This document shows positions 10,637-21,614 of a DNA stretch of 64,000 nucleotides, piece after piece. The DNA comes from an uncultured Acidobacteriota bacterium. GTDB taxonomy: Bacteria; Acidobacteriota; Vicinamibacteria; Vicinamibacterales; SCN-69-37. Every line of letters starts with the position of its first letter. Position 1 is the first letter of the stretch. The position numbers and the translations under genes were made by a program. The stretch lies in the NCBI GenBank assembly GCA_963739035.1, contig CAVTYZ010000022.1:258015-322014 (forward strand). Direction: 5' to 3'. The notes under the pieces are model-generated. The model was not told where the DNA came from, made no database searches, and was given only the letters and a program-made list of their open reading frames with translations.

Positions 10637-11911
10637 TTGAGTACCGAAGCGACACCCCAAACACCGCGACGGCCGCGGCGTCGTCGGCCAGGTGCGGCGC
10701 GTCCAGGCGGCCGTCCGCAGGCGCCGGCGGCAGCAGCACGTCCCGCCGCTCCGACCCCGCGCGAGTCGGCGCCTCACGATCCCGCTCCCGTTCCCTTCGC
10801 CACGCTCGTCACCGATCAGGACCTGCTCGACGCGCTCGAGCAGCGCGGCTACGAGAAGACGACGCCGGTACAGAGCGCGGTGCTGCCGTACGCGCTGGCC
10901 GGGCGAGACGTCATCGGCTGCGCGGAGACGGGCACGGGCAAGACGGCGGCGTATCTACTCCCGATTCTGGCCCGTCTCATTCGCGTGCATCGCGAGTCGG
11001 CGACGCCGGAGCGCTCGATTCGCGCGCTCGTGCTCGCCCCCACGCGCGAGCTCGTAACCCAGATTGACGACGAGGTGCAGGGATTCGCGTATCACTCGCC
11101 GATGTCGAGTGCGGCCGTGTACGGCGGCGTGCCCATCGAGCCGCAGGAACGCGCGCTGAAGGCTGGCGTCGAGATCGTCATCGCGACGCCCGGACGGCTG
11201 CTCGATCACATGCGGAGCCAGGTCGGCGACTTCTCGAAACTCGAGGTCCTCGTGCTCGATGAAGCGGACCGCATGATGGACATGGGCTTCTGGCCGGACG
11301 TCCGCAAGATTACGGAAGCCATGCCGCCCTCCACGGCGCGCCAGACCATGCTGTTCTCGGCGACGATGCCGGCGGAAGTGATGCGGTTCGCGGACGCGTT
11401 GGCGCCCAATGCGGTGTTCGTGCAAGTGGGATCGCGCCGCGGACCTGCCCGCACGATTTCGCACGAAGCCAAGATCCTTCCGGCGCGCGAGAAGACGGCG
11501 TTCCTCGCCCGCTATCTCCGCCGGTCCCATGAATCGGCGATCGTCTTCGTGAACACGAAGATCGGATGCGATCGCCTCGCGCGGCAACTGCAGTCGTTCG
11601 GCCTGAGAGCCGCGGCGATTCACGCCGATCGGTCGCAGAACGATCGCACCGCGGCCATTGAAGCATTTCGCGCCGGCCGCATCCGGCTGCTCGTGGGGAC
11701 CGACGTCGCCGCGCGCGGCCTGGACATCGACTCGGTCGGTCTCATCGTGAACTACGAGGTCCCGCGCGACGTCGACACGTACGTGCACCGCGTCGGCCGT
11801 ACCGGCCGAAACGACGCGACCGGCCACGCCCTCACGCTCGCCGACCCGCACGAGCGCCGCGATCTCGAAGACATCGAGAAGGCGTTCGGTCTCAAGCTCG
11901 TCGACGACTAG
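10637..11911 (+). CDS. DEAD-box ATP-dependent RNA helicase (RhlE-like)
   Basis: Motifs: AETGTGKTAAYLLP, PTRELV, VLDEADRM, SAT, HRVGRTGR. Arg/Pro-rich N-terminal extension. Intact. Confidence 0.9.
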   Translation: MSTEATPQTPRRPRRRRPGAARPGGRPQAPAAAARPAAPTPRESAPHDPAPVPFATLVTDQDLLDALEQRGYEKTTPVQSAVLPYALAGRDVIGCAETGTGKTAAYLLPILARLIRVHRESATPERSIRALVLAPTRELVTQIDDEVQGFAYHSPMSSAAVYGGVPIEPQERALKAGVEIVIATPGRLLDHMRSQVGDFSKLEVLVLDEADRMMDMGFWPDVRKITEAMPPSTARQTMLFSATMPAEVMRFADALAPNAVFVQVGSRRGPARTISHEAKILPAREKTAFLARYLRRSHESAIVFVNTKIGCDRLARQLQSFGLRAAAIHADRSQNDRTAAIEAFRAGRIRLLVGTDVAARGLDIDSVGLIVNYEVPRDVDTYVHRVGRTGRNDATGHALTLADPHERRDLEDIEKAFGLKLVDD

Positions 11912-11968
11912 AACGGCACGTCGCGCCGAGCGTCCGCTCCGCGTCAACGGGTTAAGCTATCCCGCCCC

Positions 11969-12719
11969 ATGAGCGACGTCTCGACTCATCCACTCGCCGG
12001 CCGCGTCGCGCTCGTCACGGGCGGGAATCGCGGGATCGGACGGGCGATCGCCGAGGCGCTTGCAGAGACAGGCGCCGACGTCGCCATCTCGTACCGAACG
12101 CGTGAGAATGACGCGGCCGACACCAGTCGGGCGATTGAACGCCTCGGCCGGCGGTGCCTGACGGCTCGAGCCGATGTTTCCCAAAGCGCGGCCGTCGAAC
12201 AGTTGGTCGCGGCCGTCGAACGCGGCCTCGGTTGGGTGGACATTCTCGTCAACAACGCGGGCATCACCCGGCCGCAGCCGCTCGATGCCATCACCGAGCC
12301 GGACTGGCATGATCTGATTGCCGTGAACCTGACGTCCGCGTTTCTTGTCACACAACGCGTCGTCCCCGGCGATGCGGACGAGGCAGTGGGGCCGCATCAT
12401 CAATCTTTCCTCGGTCGCTGCCCAGCTCGGCGGGGTCGTCGGCCCCCACTACGCCGCGTCGAAGGCGGGCCTCATCGGCCTGACGCACTCGTATGCCGCG
12501 CTCCTCGCGAAGGACGGCATCACGGCCAACGCCATCGCGCCGGCGCTCATCGGCACGGAGATGGTGACCTCAAACCCACGCGCCCGCGCGGACCTGATTC
12601 CCGTCGGCCGATTTGGAACAGTCAACGAAGTGGCGGCGGCGGCCGTCCTTCTCGCCACGAACGGTTACATCACCGGCCAGACGATCAGCGTCAACGGCGG
12701 GTGGTACATGACAAGTTAG
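11969..12719 (+). CDS. FabG-like 3-oxoacyl reductase / SDR (one frame jump)
   Basis: Motifs: TGGNRGIGRAIA, NNAGIT, YAASKAG. The junction is at the C-run 12364-12367; deleting one C restores ...VVPAMRTRQWGRIINLSS. Confidence 0.75.
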
Positions 12720-12726
12720 ACTCAGA

Positions 12727-12769
12727 AGCTTGGGCTCTGCGTACTTGAGGCTTAGGGCTCAAGGCTTGA
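12727..12769. repeat. single-arm G-rich heptamer repeat overlapping the fdhD 3' end
   Basis: Units gcttggg|ctctgcg|tacttga|ggcttag|ggctcaa|ggcttga. The last six codons and stop of fdhD (ESSLEP*) are encoded by the complement of this element. Confidence 0.65.
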
Positions 12770-13567
12770 CTCGCAGCATCTCACGCTTTCGGCGCCCGCA
12801 TAGATATTGAACCGCCCGTCGCGGACGAATCCCAGGAGTGTCATGCCCGCTTCGCGCGCGAGGTCGATCGCGAGGCTCGAGGGTGCAGAGACGGCGGCAA
12901 TCATCCGGATGCCGCCGAGCCAGGCCTTCTGCACGATCTCGAACGACGACCGGCCGCTGACCGCGAGGATCGAACGGTCGCAGGGCAGGCGGCGTTCCGA
13001 GAGCATGCGTCCGAGAATCTTGTCGACGGCATTGTGCCTGCCGACGTCTTCAGCGCTCGCCTCGAGTACGCCGTTCAGGCCGAACAGACCCGCCGCGTGA
13101 AGGCCGCCCGTCTCGGCAAAAGCGGACTGCACCTGCCCCAGGGCGACGGGAAGACCGAGCACGACCTGCTCGCCCACCTGCCACTCGGCCACGAACGGTT
13201 TCGCGTCAACTGACAGGGACTCGAGACTGCGCCGGCCGCACATGCCGCAGGACGAGTTCATCGCGACCTGACGCCGCTGACCGAGCACTTCGGTCACGCG
13301 GTTCGGCGCGATCCAGACGTTGACGACGTTCTCGACCTCGTCGAGATCGACGCGCTCCACCTCGTCGACGCGCCGGACGACGCTCTCGCTGAACAGGAAC
13401 CCGAGCGCCAGGTGCCGGTCGTCACCCGGCGTCCGCATGATCACCGAGAAGGGCTCGCTGTTCAGCCGGACCTCGAGGGGTAGTTCCACGGCGACCCGAT
13501 CGCGGTCGGCACCGGAGTCGCGCGCGCTCACGCGCAGTACGTCAAATGCGCGAACGGAGACGCTCAT
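12752..13567 (-). CDS. fdhD: formate dehydrogenase accessory sulfurtransferase FdhD
   Basis: Motifs: SSCGMCGRRS Cys loop, GGLHAAG, GRHNAVDK. Intact. Confidence 0.9.
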   Translation of the reverse strand: MSVSVRAFDVLRVSARDSGADRDRVAVELPLEVRLNSEPFSVIMRTPGDDRHLALGFLFSESVVRRVDEVERVDLDEVENVVNVWIAPNRVTEVLGQRRQVAMNSSCGMCGRRSLESLSVDAKPFVAEWQVGEQVVLGLPVALGQVQSAFAETGGLHAAGLFGLNGVLEASAEDVGRHNAVDKILGRMLSERRLPCDRSILAVSGRSSFEIVQKAWLGGIRMIAAVSAPSSLAIDLAREAGMTLLGFVRDGRFNIYAGAESVRCCESSLEP

Positions 13568-13576
13568 GAATGCGGC

Positions 13577-14677
13577 CTAGTCCGAAAACTCTTTGGCGAG
13601 CTCGACGAACTCGCCGTCGGGCGCAAGCGACCGGTACTCCCGCCAGTGCGGGCGGGCCTCGGCTGAGCGGCCGAGCTTCTCGAGCGTCACGGCCAGATAG
13701 AAGTGCGCCTCGGGATATCCGGGATTGATGGCCAGCGCATCGCGGTAGGCCGCGACCGCCTCCTGGAATCGGCCCACATCGTGGTGGATGTTGCCGAGGT
13801 TGAAGTACGCCTCGAAACACTCCACGTCGAGGCGAATCGCCTTCTCGTACAGCGCTTCGGCCTCGACGATTTCGTCACGCTCGTAGTGGATGTTCGCGAG
13901 GTTGACGAGCGCCGGAACGAGCTGCGGCTGAAACAGCGCCGCCCGACGATAGGCGGCCGCCGCGGCATCCAGATCGCGGTTCTCCCCGTCGTCGAGCTCC
14001 GCGCCCTCGAGAAAATACCGCGCGGCCAGCGCGTGATTGGCGGCCGCGATCTGCTCCGTGCGTGCGCCGGGCCGCGGCAGACGGTCCGTCGCCGCCGTTG
14101 GGGCCGGCAGCGACACCACACGAGCCCGCTCGGTCCGGGCGGGTTGAAAATCGAGGGCCAGCTGCCCTTCCCGCTCGGACGTGACCGTCCGGAGCCACCC
14201 GTGGAGCGATGACCCTCGCTCGATCTCGGCAGCCGCCTGCCTGATGACGGTCAGGTCGGCAAAGGAATAGCGGCCGACCACCGGCCGAATCAGTCCCCAG
14301 CGCTCGAGGTAGCGCAAGTGATCGTCACGAAGCGCGGGGTACCGGCCGCGCAGATCCCGCGCGGCGTAGTACTGCGAACGCAGCGTCTCGAAGTCCGGAA
14401 GGCCCGCCTCGAGGCAGAACTCCTCCTCGGTCACGACGCGTCGCACGTGTTCGGGCGCCGGGGGCGCATCGGTCCCAGCCAGAACGACCGTCGTCTTCGG
14501 CGTCAGATCGGAGGAAAAGGCGCCGCCCAGACGCTCGACGATCGAGCGGACGTCGCGTCGCGACAGCAGGCGGAGCTTCCCGAGGAGCGCGACATGCTGC
14601 CCGGTCAGCGGACGATCGGCCGAAGGAATGGCCACGGCTTCGACCGTCACGATGAATGGCTCGTCGCGCGAAGTCAA
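13577..14677 (-). CDS. BRCT-like / MerR-like HTH / TPR repeat protein
   Basis: N-terminal BRCT-like segment (LLGKLRLLSRRDVRSIVERLGG...TTVVLAG). MerR-like segment (LRYLERWGLIRPVVGRYSFADLTVIRQ). C-terminal TPR-like repeats (AAYRRAALFQP, AEALYEKAIRLD, AVAAYRDALAINP). Assigned by resemblance only. Confidence 0.55.
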   Translation of the reverse strand: MTSRDEPFIVTVEAVAIPSADRPLTGQHVALLGKLRLLSRRDVRSIVERLGGAFSSDLTPKTTVVLAGTDAPPAPEHVRRVVTEEEFCLEAGLPDFETLRSQYYAARDLRGRYPALRDDHLRYLERWGLIRPVVGRYSFADLTVIRQAAAEIERGSSLHGWLRTVTSEREGQLALDFQPARTERARVVSLPAPTAATDRLPRPGARTEQIAAANHALAARYFLEGAELDDGENRDLDAAAAAYRRAALFQPQLVPALVNLANIHYERDEIVEAEALYEKAIRLDVECFEAYFNLGNIHHDVGRFQEAVAAYRDALAINPGYPEAHFYLAVTLEKLGRSAEARPHWREYRSLAPDGEFVELAKEFSD

Positions 14678-15591
14678 GCGCCGGATGGTGCTCGGACGGT
14701 TGCACCGGCCAATCGCTCGAGGACCGTCACCAGCTGCTGGGTCCCCTGGTCGCCCGCGCCCTCGGCCTCGAGCACGCGAAGAAGCTGCTCAACCAGCTCT
14801 GCTGCGAAAATCGGTACGCCGAGGTCGCGCGCGGCCTCACCAACCAGCCGCAGATCCTTTTGCTGGAGCCGGACCTTGAACGCCGGCGCGAAATCGCGGT
14901 CGATGATCTTCCTGCCGAGGTTCTGAAACGCCCAACTGTTCGCCGCGCCGCCCGTGAGCGCTTCGTGCAGCTTGACGACGTCAAGCCCGGCCTTTGCGCC
15001 GAGCACGAGCGCCTCGCACGAGGCAAGCAGGTTGACGGCGGCCAGGATCTGATTGCACAACTTGGCCGTCTGGCCGTGCCCGGACGGGCCGATGTGGGTG
15101 ACCCGTGTGCCCATGCCCGCGAACACCGGTCGCGCTCGCTCGAAGGCGGCTGATGTACCGCCGACCATGATGGTCAGCGTGCCGGCGATCGCGCCGAGTT
15201 CGCCGCCCGAGACGGGAGCGTCGAGCCAGTCGCAGCCGCGGCCGGCGGCCTCGCCCGACAGGGCCCTGGTCACCGCCGGAGAAATCGTGGACATGTCCGC
15301 GATGATGAGACCGGCGTGCGCGCCGTGGAAGACGCCGCCGGAGCCCTGCGCGACGGCTTCAACATCCGCCGAATCCGGCACCATCGTGATGATCATGTCG
15401 GTCGCCGCGGCAGCCTCGGCGGGCGTCCCGGCGCGTTTCGCGCCGAGCGCGACCATCTCGTCCACGGACACCTTCGTCCGGCTGTTGACCGTCACGTCGA
15501 AACCAGCCTTCAGCAGATTGCGAACCATGGGCCGGCCCATGATGCCGAGCCCGACAAAACCTACGCGCGAAATTGCCGGTCGTTCCGCCAC
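14674..15591 (-). CDS. 3-hydroxyisobutyrate / 2-hydroxy-3-oxopropionate dehydrogenase family NAD(P) oxidoreductase
   Basis: VGFVGLGIMGRPMVRNLLKAG dinucleotide fold. Intact 305 aa. Its stop overlaps the start of the downstream gene. Confidence 0.85.
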   Translation of the reverse strand: MAERPAISRVGFVGLGIMGRPMVRNLLKAGFDVTVNSRTKVSVDEMVALGAKRAGTPAEAAAATDMIITMVPDSADVEAVAQGSGGVFHGAHAGLIIADMSTISPAVTRALSGEAAGRGCDWLDAPVSGGELGAIAGTLTIMVGGTSAAFERARPVFAGMGTRVTHIGPSGHGQTAKLCNQILAAVNLLASCEALVLGAKAGLDVVKLHEALTGGAANSWAFQNLGRKIIDRDFAPAFKVRLQQKDLRLVGEAARDLGVPIFAAELVEQLLRVLEAEGAGDQGTQQLVTVLERLAGATVRAPSGA

Positions 15592-15670
15592 GCTTCACCC
15601 CAATCACGAGCCGGCCGAACCTGAGGCCGCTCCGTTTTCCCAGCGCCACGTGCCATATGATCGAGAGCGT

Positions 15671-16651
15671 ATGCTGCTCGCGGCCGATGTTGGTGGAACC
15701 AAGACACTGATCGGGCTCTACAGGCCGCCCGGTCCTCGTCCAACGCCCGTCGAGTCGCGAGTGTACGCCACGCTGGACTTCCAGAACATGAGCCAGCTCG
15801 TGGACGCGTTCCTCCAGGAGATCGGTTCCGTGTCGATCGACGCGGTGGTCGCGGGAGTCGCCGGGCCCGTCCACGGGCTCGAGGCGGAACTGACCAACGC
15901 CCCGTGGAGCGCCAATCTCAACGAGATCGCCGAACACCTGCATTGCCGTGCGGCGCTCTTGAACGACCTCGAGGCGATGGCGTATTCGGTTTCCGTGTTG
16001 ACCGACGACGAGCTCGTGGTGCTCCAGGCCGGCGAACCCAACCCGGCCGGAAACGCCGGGCTCATCGCAGCGGGCACGGGACTCAACGAATCACACATCC
16101 AGTACGTCGACGGGCGGTACGTGCCGTCGCCGTCTGAGTCCGGCCACGCCGATTTCGCCGCCCGCACCGACGAAGAACTCGAGTTCGTTCAGGATCTCGT
16201 GCGCACGCGGGGTCGGGCGGAAGTCGAGAGCGTGCTGTCGGGTCCCGGCGTCGTCAACCTCTACCGTTTCACGCACCGCGACGGCCGCCGCCCGGCCGAC
16301 TGCCCGGTGTCGACCGGTTCAGACTTCAATGTCGCCTCTGAAGTCGCGGCGTCCGCGCTTGGTCAGCGCTGCGCGCGATGCGTGGACGCGCTGAACATGT
16401 TCGTCTCCGCTTACGGCGCCGAAACCGGCAATCTTGCGTTGCGGTCGATGACGACGGCGGGTGTCTACGTCGGCGGCGGCATCGCGCCGAAAATCATCTC
16501 GGCGCTGCAAAACGGACGGTTCATGAAAGCGTTCCGCGACAAGCCGCCGATGGACGACGTCCTGGCGCGCATTCCGGTTAAAGTGATCCTCAACCCCAGC
16601 GCCGCGTTGATTGGCGCGTCGGTCAAAGCCGCCTCGCTGATCGGTCGATAA
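15671..16651 (+). CDS. glk: glucokinase
   Basis: Motifs LLAADVGGTKT and SESGHADFA. ATG 15671 is used because the 15053 ORF opening lies antisense inside the previous gene. Confidence 0.85.
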   Translation: MLLAADVGGTKTLIGLYRPPGPRPTPVESRVYATLDFQNMSQLVDAFLQEIGSVSIDAVVAGVAGPVHGLEAELTNAPWSANLNEIAEHLHCRAALLNDLEAMAYSVSVLTDDELVVLQAGEPNPAGNAGLIAAGTGLNESHIQYVDGRYVPSPSESGHADFAARTDEELEFVQDLVRTRGRAEVESVLSGPGVVNLYRFTHRDGRRPADCPVSTGSDFNVASEVAASALGQRCARCVDALNMFVSAYGAETGNLALRSMTTAGVYVGGGIAPKIISALQNGRFMKAFRDKPPMDDVLARIPVKVILNPSAALIGASVKAASLIGR

Positions 16652-16726
16652 GAAGGAACTCAGATGCCTGCACGTCGGGATCTGAAATTTGAAATTGCCT
16701 TCTTGGCTTTCCAGGGGGATTGACCA

Positions 16727-18279
16727 GTGAACGCCCCAGTCCTGACAACTCTGACATCCGCGATTGCGCTTTCGTCGGTGGTGCTGCTCGCCGGACAGAC
16801 TCAGCCGCCGCCCAAGGCATACGACGACGTGATCTCGTTCGCAACGGCGGCCGCCGCGGCGGCGCCCGAGCGAGCGAAGGTCGGTTCGCTGGGAAAACTC
16901 GGGGGCAAGGACGTGCCCCTCGTGGTCGTTGGCAACAACCTCGCGGACACGACGCCGGCGGCGGTCAAGGCCTCGGGCAAGCTTCGCGTCTGGGTGCAGG
17001 CAGCCAGCCGCGAGGGCACGGATGCGGCGCTCATGCTGCTGAAGGACATGGCGGCGGGAAAGAACGAGCTGTGGCTCAGCGCAATCGTGCTGCTCGTCAG
17101 CCCAATGGAGATTGGCGATCCCACGCGCCAGCAGTCGGGGCGCGAGTACGCGTTTCTGAGACCCCCGAAGCAGCAACGCTCGCGAAGGCACTGGTGGACT
17201 ACGACCCGCACGTCGGCATCGAGATCCGAACGGAAGATGGTCCGTGCTCAGCCTATGCCGTCACGTTCGCGCCACCGCTGAATCCGAACACGAGCGAGTA
17301 CATCCTCGGTACCCTGCGCGAAGAGTATTTGCCGTTCATCGTCAGGAGCCTGAAGACGAAGTGGTCGATGGACGCGTTCTATCGCGGCAAGGTCGTGGAC
17401 GGTGATGACGGATGCGCACCGAAGCCCGCCGAGAAGATCGCGGCCACGCCCGCGGGAGCAGGCCGACGTGGCGCGGCGCCTACGGCCGCGGGGCGCGGCC
17501 GCGCCACGGGACGGAGCACGGTGCCCACGCCCGGCAGCGAGCCAAAGCAGGCCGCCTGGCAGGCGTCCGGCTACCAGCTGGGCCTGGCCGCCAACTACCT
17601 CGGCGTTCGTAATCGCTTCTCCGTGGTCGGCGTGGTTCATGCGAAGGATGCCCCGGCGGATCGAGCCGCGGCGGCCGGACATTTCCTCGAAGAGGCGCTG
17701 GCGTTCGCCTGGGGTGCGAACACCCGACTCAAGAAGGCGACCGAGGCCGCTGACCTTGGGGTCCTCGTGGGCCGATCGCTGCCGACAAGCACGCGCCTGG
17801 CCACGGTCGGACAGGTCGAGGTATTGATGAGCGATGCCGCCTCGTCGGGCGACGCCGGCGCGCCGGGAAAGCGCACGAGCGCCTCGCGCGTGGTCTCGAT
17901 GCGCGATCAACTGCACTTCGAACCGGCGTCGGACGAGGTCGTCGCGGCCGAATACTTCGTGCCCGCCTCCCAGACCGCGGTGGTCGAACTGCTGAAGAAA
18001 CACGGGGTGCAACTGCGGCAGCTGACTCAGGGGACGAAGGGCGCGGAAGAGTTTGTCGTGACGCCGGCACCGATTGGACCGGCTCCTGCCAGGATCGCCG
18101 GCACGTGGCAGCGCAGCACGGCGGAGGTTCCGTCGGGCAGCTGGGCCGTCCGAATGAATCAACCGCTGTCGCGGCTGGCGTTCGCGTTGCTGGAACCGAC
18201 GTCGGAAGACTCCGTCGCGACGCTTCCAGGCGTCGTCAGCGACGGCAAGACCTATCCGATTCTCAGGAGAGGGCGCTAG
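16727..18279 (+). CDS. secreted protein, possibly M14 carboxypeptidase-like (at least one frame jump)
   Basis: GTG start and signal peptide (MNAPVLTTLTSAIALSSVVLLAGQ) in frame 2. The remainder is in frame 1 from ~17150. Family resemblance is weak. Confidence 0.4.
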
Positions 18280-18286
18280 AGACGAC

Positions 18287-19602
18287 CTATCGCATCAGCC
18301 GCGCGATGTCGTTGTAGATCACGGTCACCATCAGGAGCACCATCACCGTGGCTCCGGCCACGAGAATCCGCTCCTTCATCCGGACGCTGAGATCTCGCCG
18401 CGCCAGGCCCTCAACCGCGAGAATCGCGATGTGCCCGCCATCGAGGACGGGCACGGGCATGAGGTTGAGGAGGCCCAGGTTGAGGCTGATCATCGACATC
18501 AGGTTCAGCAAGGCCACCCAGCCAAGTTCGGCAGCGCTGCCGGAAAGCTGAGCGATTCCGACCGGTCCCATCAACTGACGCACCGGTGTCTCGCGCGTCA
18601 GGAGTCCGCCGAGCGTCTTGCCGATGAGCCGTGTGGTCTCCCAGTTCTGCTGAACGCTCAGCTTGACCGCCTCGACCACGGAGGGGTCGATCCGTCGGAC
18701 TTCGTACTGGCTGATGCCCACACCAATCAGCGCGGCGCCCTGTGGCCCGCGTGGAACGACGGTGACGTCGCGCGGCTGTCCGGCGCGCTCCACCGTGAGT
18801 GCGAGCGGCGTATCCGCGCTGGCGCGAATGCGCTCGATGATTTCCTCGTGCGGCAAGTCCGCGCGTGCCGTTGACGGCAAGCAGCACGTCTCCACGCTCG
18901 AGTCCGGCCTGTTCCGCGGGGCTTCCCGGGTTCACCTGCGTGATCTGCGGCCGAAGCACGGGGCCGATGCCGAGGTCGCCCATCTCGTAGCTGCCGATCG
19001 CCACCGGAGTGACCCGAACCGAAACCCGCTCGCCGTGACGATTCGCGACGAGCGTGAGCTCGCGGCCAGCCTTGGGAACGACGGCCATTTCGAACTCATC
19101 CCACGTGGACATCGGCACGCCGTCCACGCTGACCACGAGATCGCCGACGCGCAGGCCGGCCGTCTCGGCGGGCTTCCCCGCCTCGACCGAGCCGATCGCC
19201 GGCGGGCCCGATTCGATAGAGCGGAATGTCCGCACCACGGCTCAGCACGATGGCGGCGACGACGATCGCGAGCAGGATGTTCATGACGGGACCGGCGACG
19301 TACACCTGAAACCGCACCCACTTGCTCTTCGCCATGAACTGGTCGGACGCGAGCGGATCGGTGGTCCCGTTGGGTTCCTCTTCGAGCGCGTTCTCGCCTG
19401 CCAGCTTCACGTAGCCACCGAGCGGAACGACGCTGACGCAGTACTCGGTGTCGCCGCGGCGGAACGAAAAGAGCTTCGGCCCGAATCCCAGCGAGAACGT
19501 GTGCACGCGCACGCCGTGCCAGCGCGCCACGAGGAAATGTCCCAGCTCGTGCACGAAAACGAGGACGCCGAGAACGAACAGGAAGGCGAGAATCGTGGTC
19601 AT
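18287..19602 (-). CDS. rseP: RIP metalloprotease RseP (site-2 protease, M50) (two frame jumps)
   Basis: Motifs: [13 protein letters not shown]-like [13 protein letters not shown] and [26 protein letters not shown]. Junctions at ~19215 and ~18870. Confidence 0.85.
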
Positions 19603-19610
19603 GTCTTTCG

Positions 19611-20794
19611 TTATGACGATGGTAGCGTACTGATAGTTTCGGCCGAAAACTCGCGGGCCCAGGCGTCGGCGGCCCGCACATCGGCGAGCGAATGGGGCGG
19701 CGACGTGCCCCGATCGCGCCGCGCCCAATGCCTGCTCGATGACCTGCGGGATCATCGGAAATGTAATGCAGCCGGCGAGGAAGGCTTCCACGGCCATTTC
19801 GTTCGCGGCATTCAGGACCACCGGCCACGAGCCTCCACGCTCCAGGGCGGCGTAGGCCAGCCGCAGACAGGGAAACCGGTCCGGGTCGGGCGGCTCGAAT
19901 TCCAGGGCTCCCAGCTGCGTCACATCCAACCGGGCGATCGGCGTCTGCCACCGCTCGGGATACGAAAACGCGGTACTGGATGGGCAGCCGCATGTCGGTG
20001 ACGCCGAGCTGCGCGATGATCGATCCGTCGCAGAACTCCACCATCGAATGCACAATCGACTGTGGGTGCACGACGATGTCGATTTCGTCCGCCGGAACGT
20101 TGAAGAGCCATCGCGCCTCGATGACCTCCAGTCCCTTGTTCATCAGCGTCGCGGAATCGATCGTGATTTTGCGCCCCATGCGCCAGGTCGGGTGACGCAG
20201 CGCGTCCTGAAACGTCACGCGCTGAAGCGCCTCACGGCTCAGCTGCCGGAACGGGCCTCCGGAGGCGGTCAGGATCAGCCGCTGAATGTCCCCCGGCTCG
20301 CGGCCGTGCAGGCATTGGTGAATGGCGTTGTGCTCGCTGTCCACCGGGAGAATGGCCGTGCCGCGCTTTCGCGCCGCCTCGACCATCAACCCACCGGCCA
20401 TCACGAGCACTTCCTTGTTCGCCAGCGCGAGCGTCTTGCCCGCGTCGATAGCGGCCAGAGCGGCTTCGAGGCCTGCCGTTCCGGACGAGGCGCAGAGAAC
20501 CAGATCGACATCCGGGTGCGTTGCGGCCGCGATCAACCCTTCTCGTCCGACGGCAAGAATCTCGAGGTCGGGCTGTCCGTTCACACGCGCGGAGAGCTCC
20601 TCGCGCGCGGCGTCCGTGGCCACACCCACGGCGCGTGGACGAAAACGGCTCACCTGCTCGGCAAGGAGGGATGCGTTCTCGCCCGCCGCGAGCGCGACGA
20701 TCGAGAGCCGGTCCGCGTGCGCCGCGACGACGTCGAGCGCGCTCTGCCCAATCGAACCGGTGGACCCGAGCACAGCGATGCGTTTCATCGTCAT
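19611..20794 (-). CDS. dxr: 1-deoxy-D-xylulose-5-phosphate reductoisomerase (two frame jumps)
   Basis: Motifs: [38 protein letters not shown]. Junctions at ~19969 and at the G-run 19694-19697. The restored C-terminus [15 protein letters not shown]... ends at TAA 19611. Confidence 0.9.
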
Positions 20795-21605
20795 TCAGGC
20801 ACGGAACGCGGCCAGCAGATAGAAGACCGGGGCGGCGAACAGGTAGCTGTCGAGCCGGTCGAGGACGCCGCCGTGCCCTGGAATCAACTGCGAGCTGTCC
20901 TTCACGCCGGCACTGCGCTTGAGGAGCGACTCGAACAAGTCACCGGTCATGCCGACGACCGCCAGTATGACGGCGATGACCGCGGAGCGAGCCGGCGACC
21001 AGCCCGGCACGCACCACGGGCCGAGCGCGAACCCCGCGAGCCCGGCGGCGACGGCACCGCCGATGGCGCCTTCCACGGTCTTGGCCGGGCTGATGGCCGG
21101 CGAGAGCTTCGTGCGGCCCACCAGCCGACCGGTGTAGGTACTGGGCCGAGTCGCTGATCGCGATCGTCGCGAGCAGCCAGGTGACGGCCGCCGGCCCAAG
21201 TTCTGCGCGCGTCCACACCAACGTGCCGAGCGGCAGCCCCACATACATCGGCGCCATCACGAGCATTGAGGCGCGCGGCAGACTCTCCGGTGTGGGGCCG
21301 CCGAATCCGAGGGCGACCAGCCCGGCGCCCACCGGAAGCAGGACGAACACGAGCAGCACGGCGTCCAACGACACTTCTCGCGGGAGCTCCGGGGGTTGGG
21401 CAACCGCGAGCACGAGCACCGCGGCGGCAAATCCGACAAAGGCCGCCGACCATGGGGCGTTCGCGCGCGAGGCGAGACCGACCAGCTCGACGCCCGCGAG
21501 GACGGCCGCGATGACGGCGACCACCGCCGTCGCCCACACGGGCAGCGCCCAAATGGTGAATCCGAGAATCGCGATCAGGACAACCGCGGACAGGATGCGG
21601 CGCAT
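20795..21605 (-). CDS. cdsA: phosphatidate cytidylyltransferase (one frame jump)
   Basis: Multi-TM protein. Motifs: SDSAQY..GRLVGRTKLSPAISPAKTVEG, PGHGGVLDRLDS. Junction at ~21138. Confidence 0.85.
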
Positions 21606-21614
21606 CAGGTCCCG

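Noticed and set aside
15053-16651. 532-aa ORF suggesting a glucokinase with a long N-terminal extension
   Set aside because: The first ~206 aa are antisense to the 3-hydroxyisobutyrate-dehydrogenase-family gene. Glucokinase homology starts at the ATG at 15671 (LLAADVGGTKT).
18932-20794. 620-aa ORF that looks like a Dxr fusion protein
   Set aside because: Only the first ~275 aa are Dxr. After ~19969 the true frame changes, and the remainder is an out-of-frame reading across the dxr 3' end and rseP.
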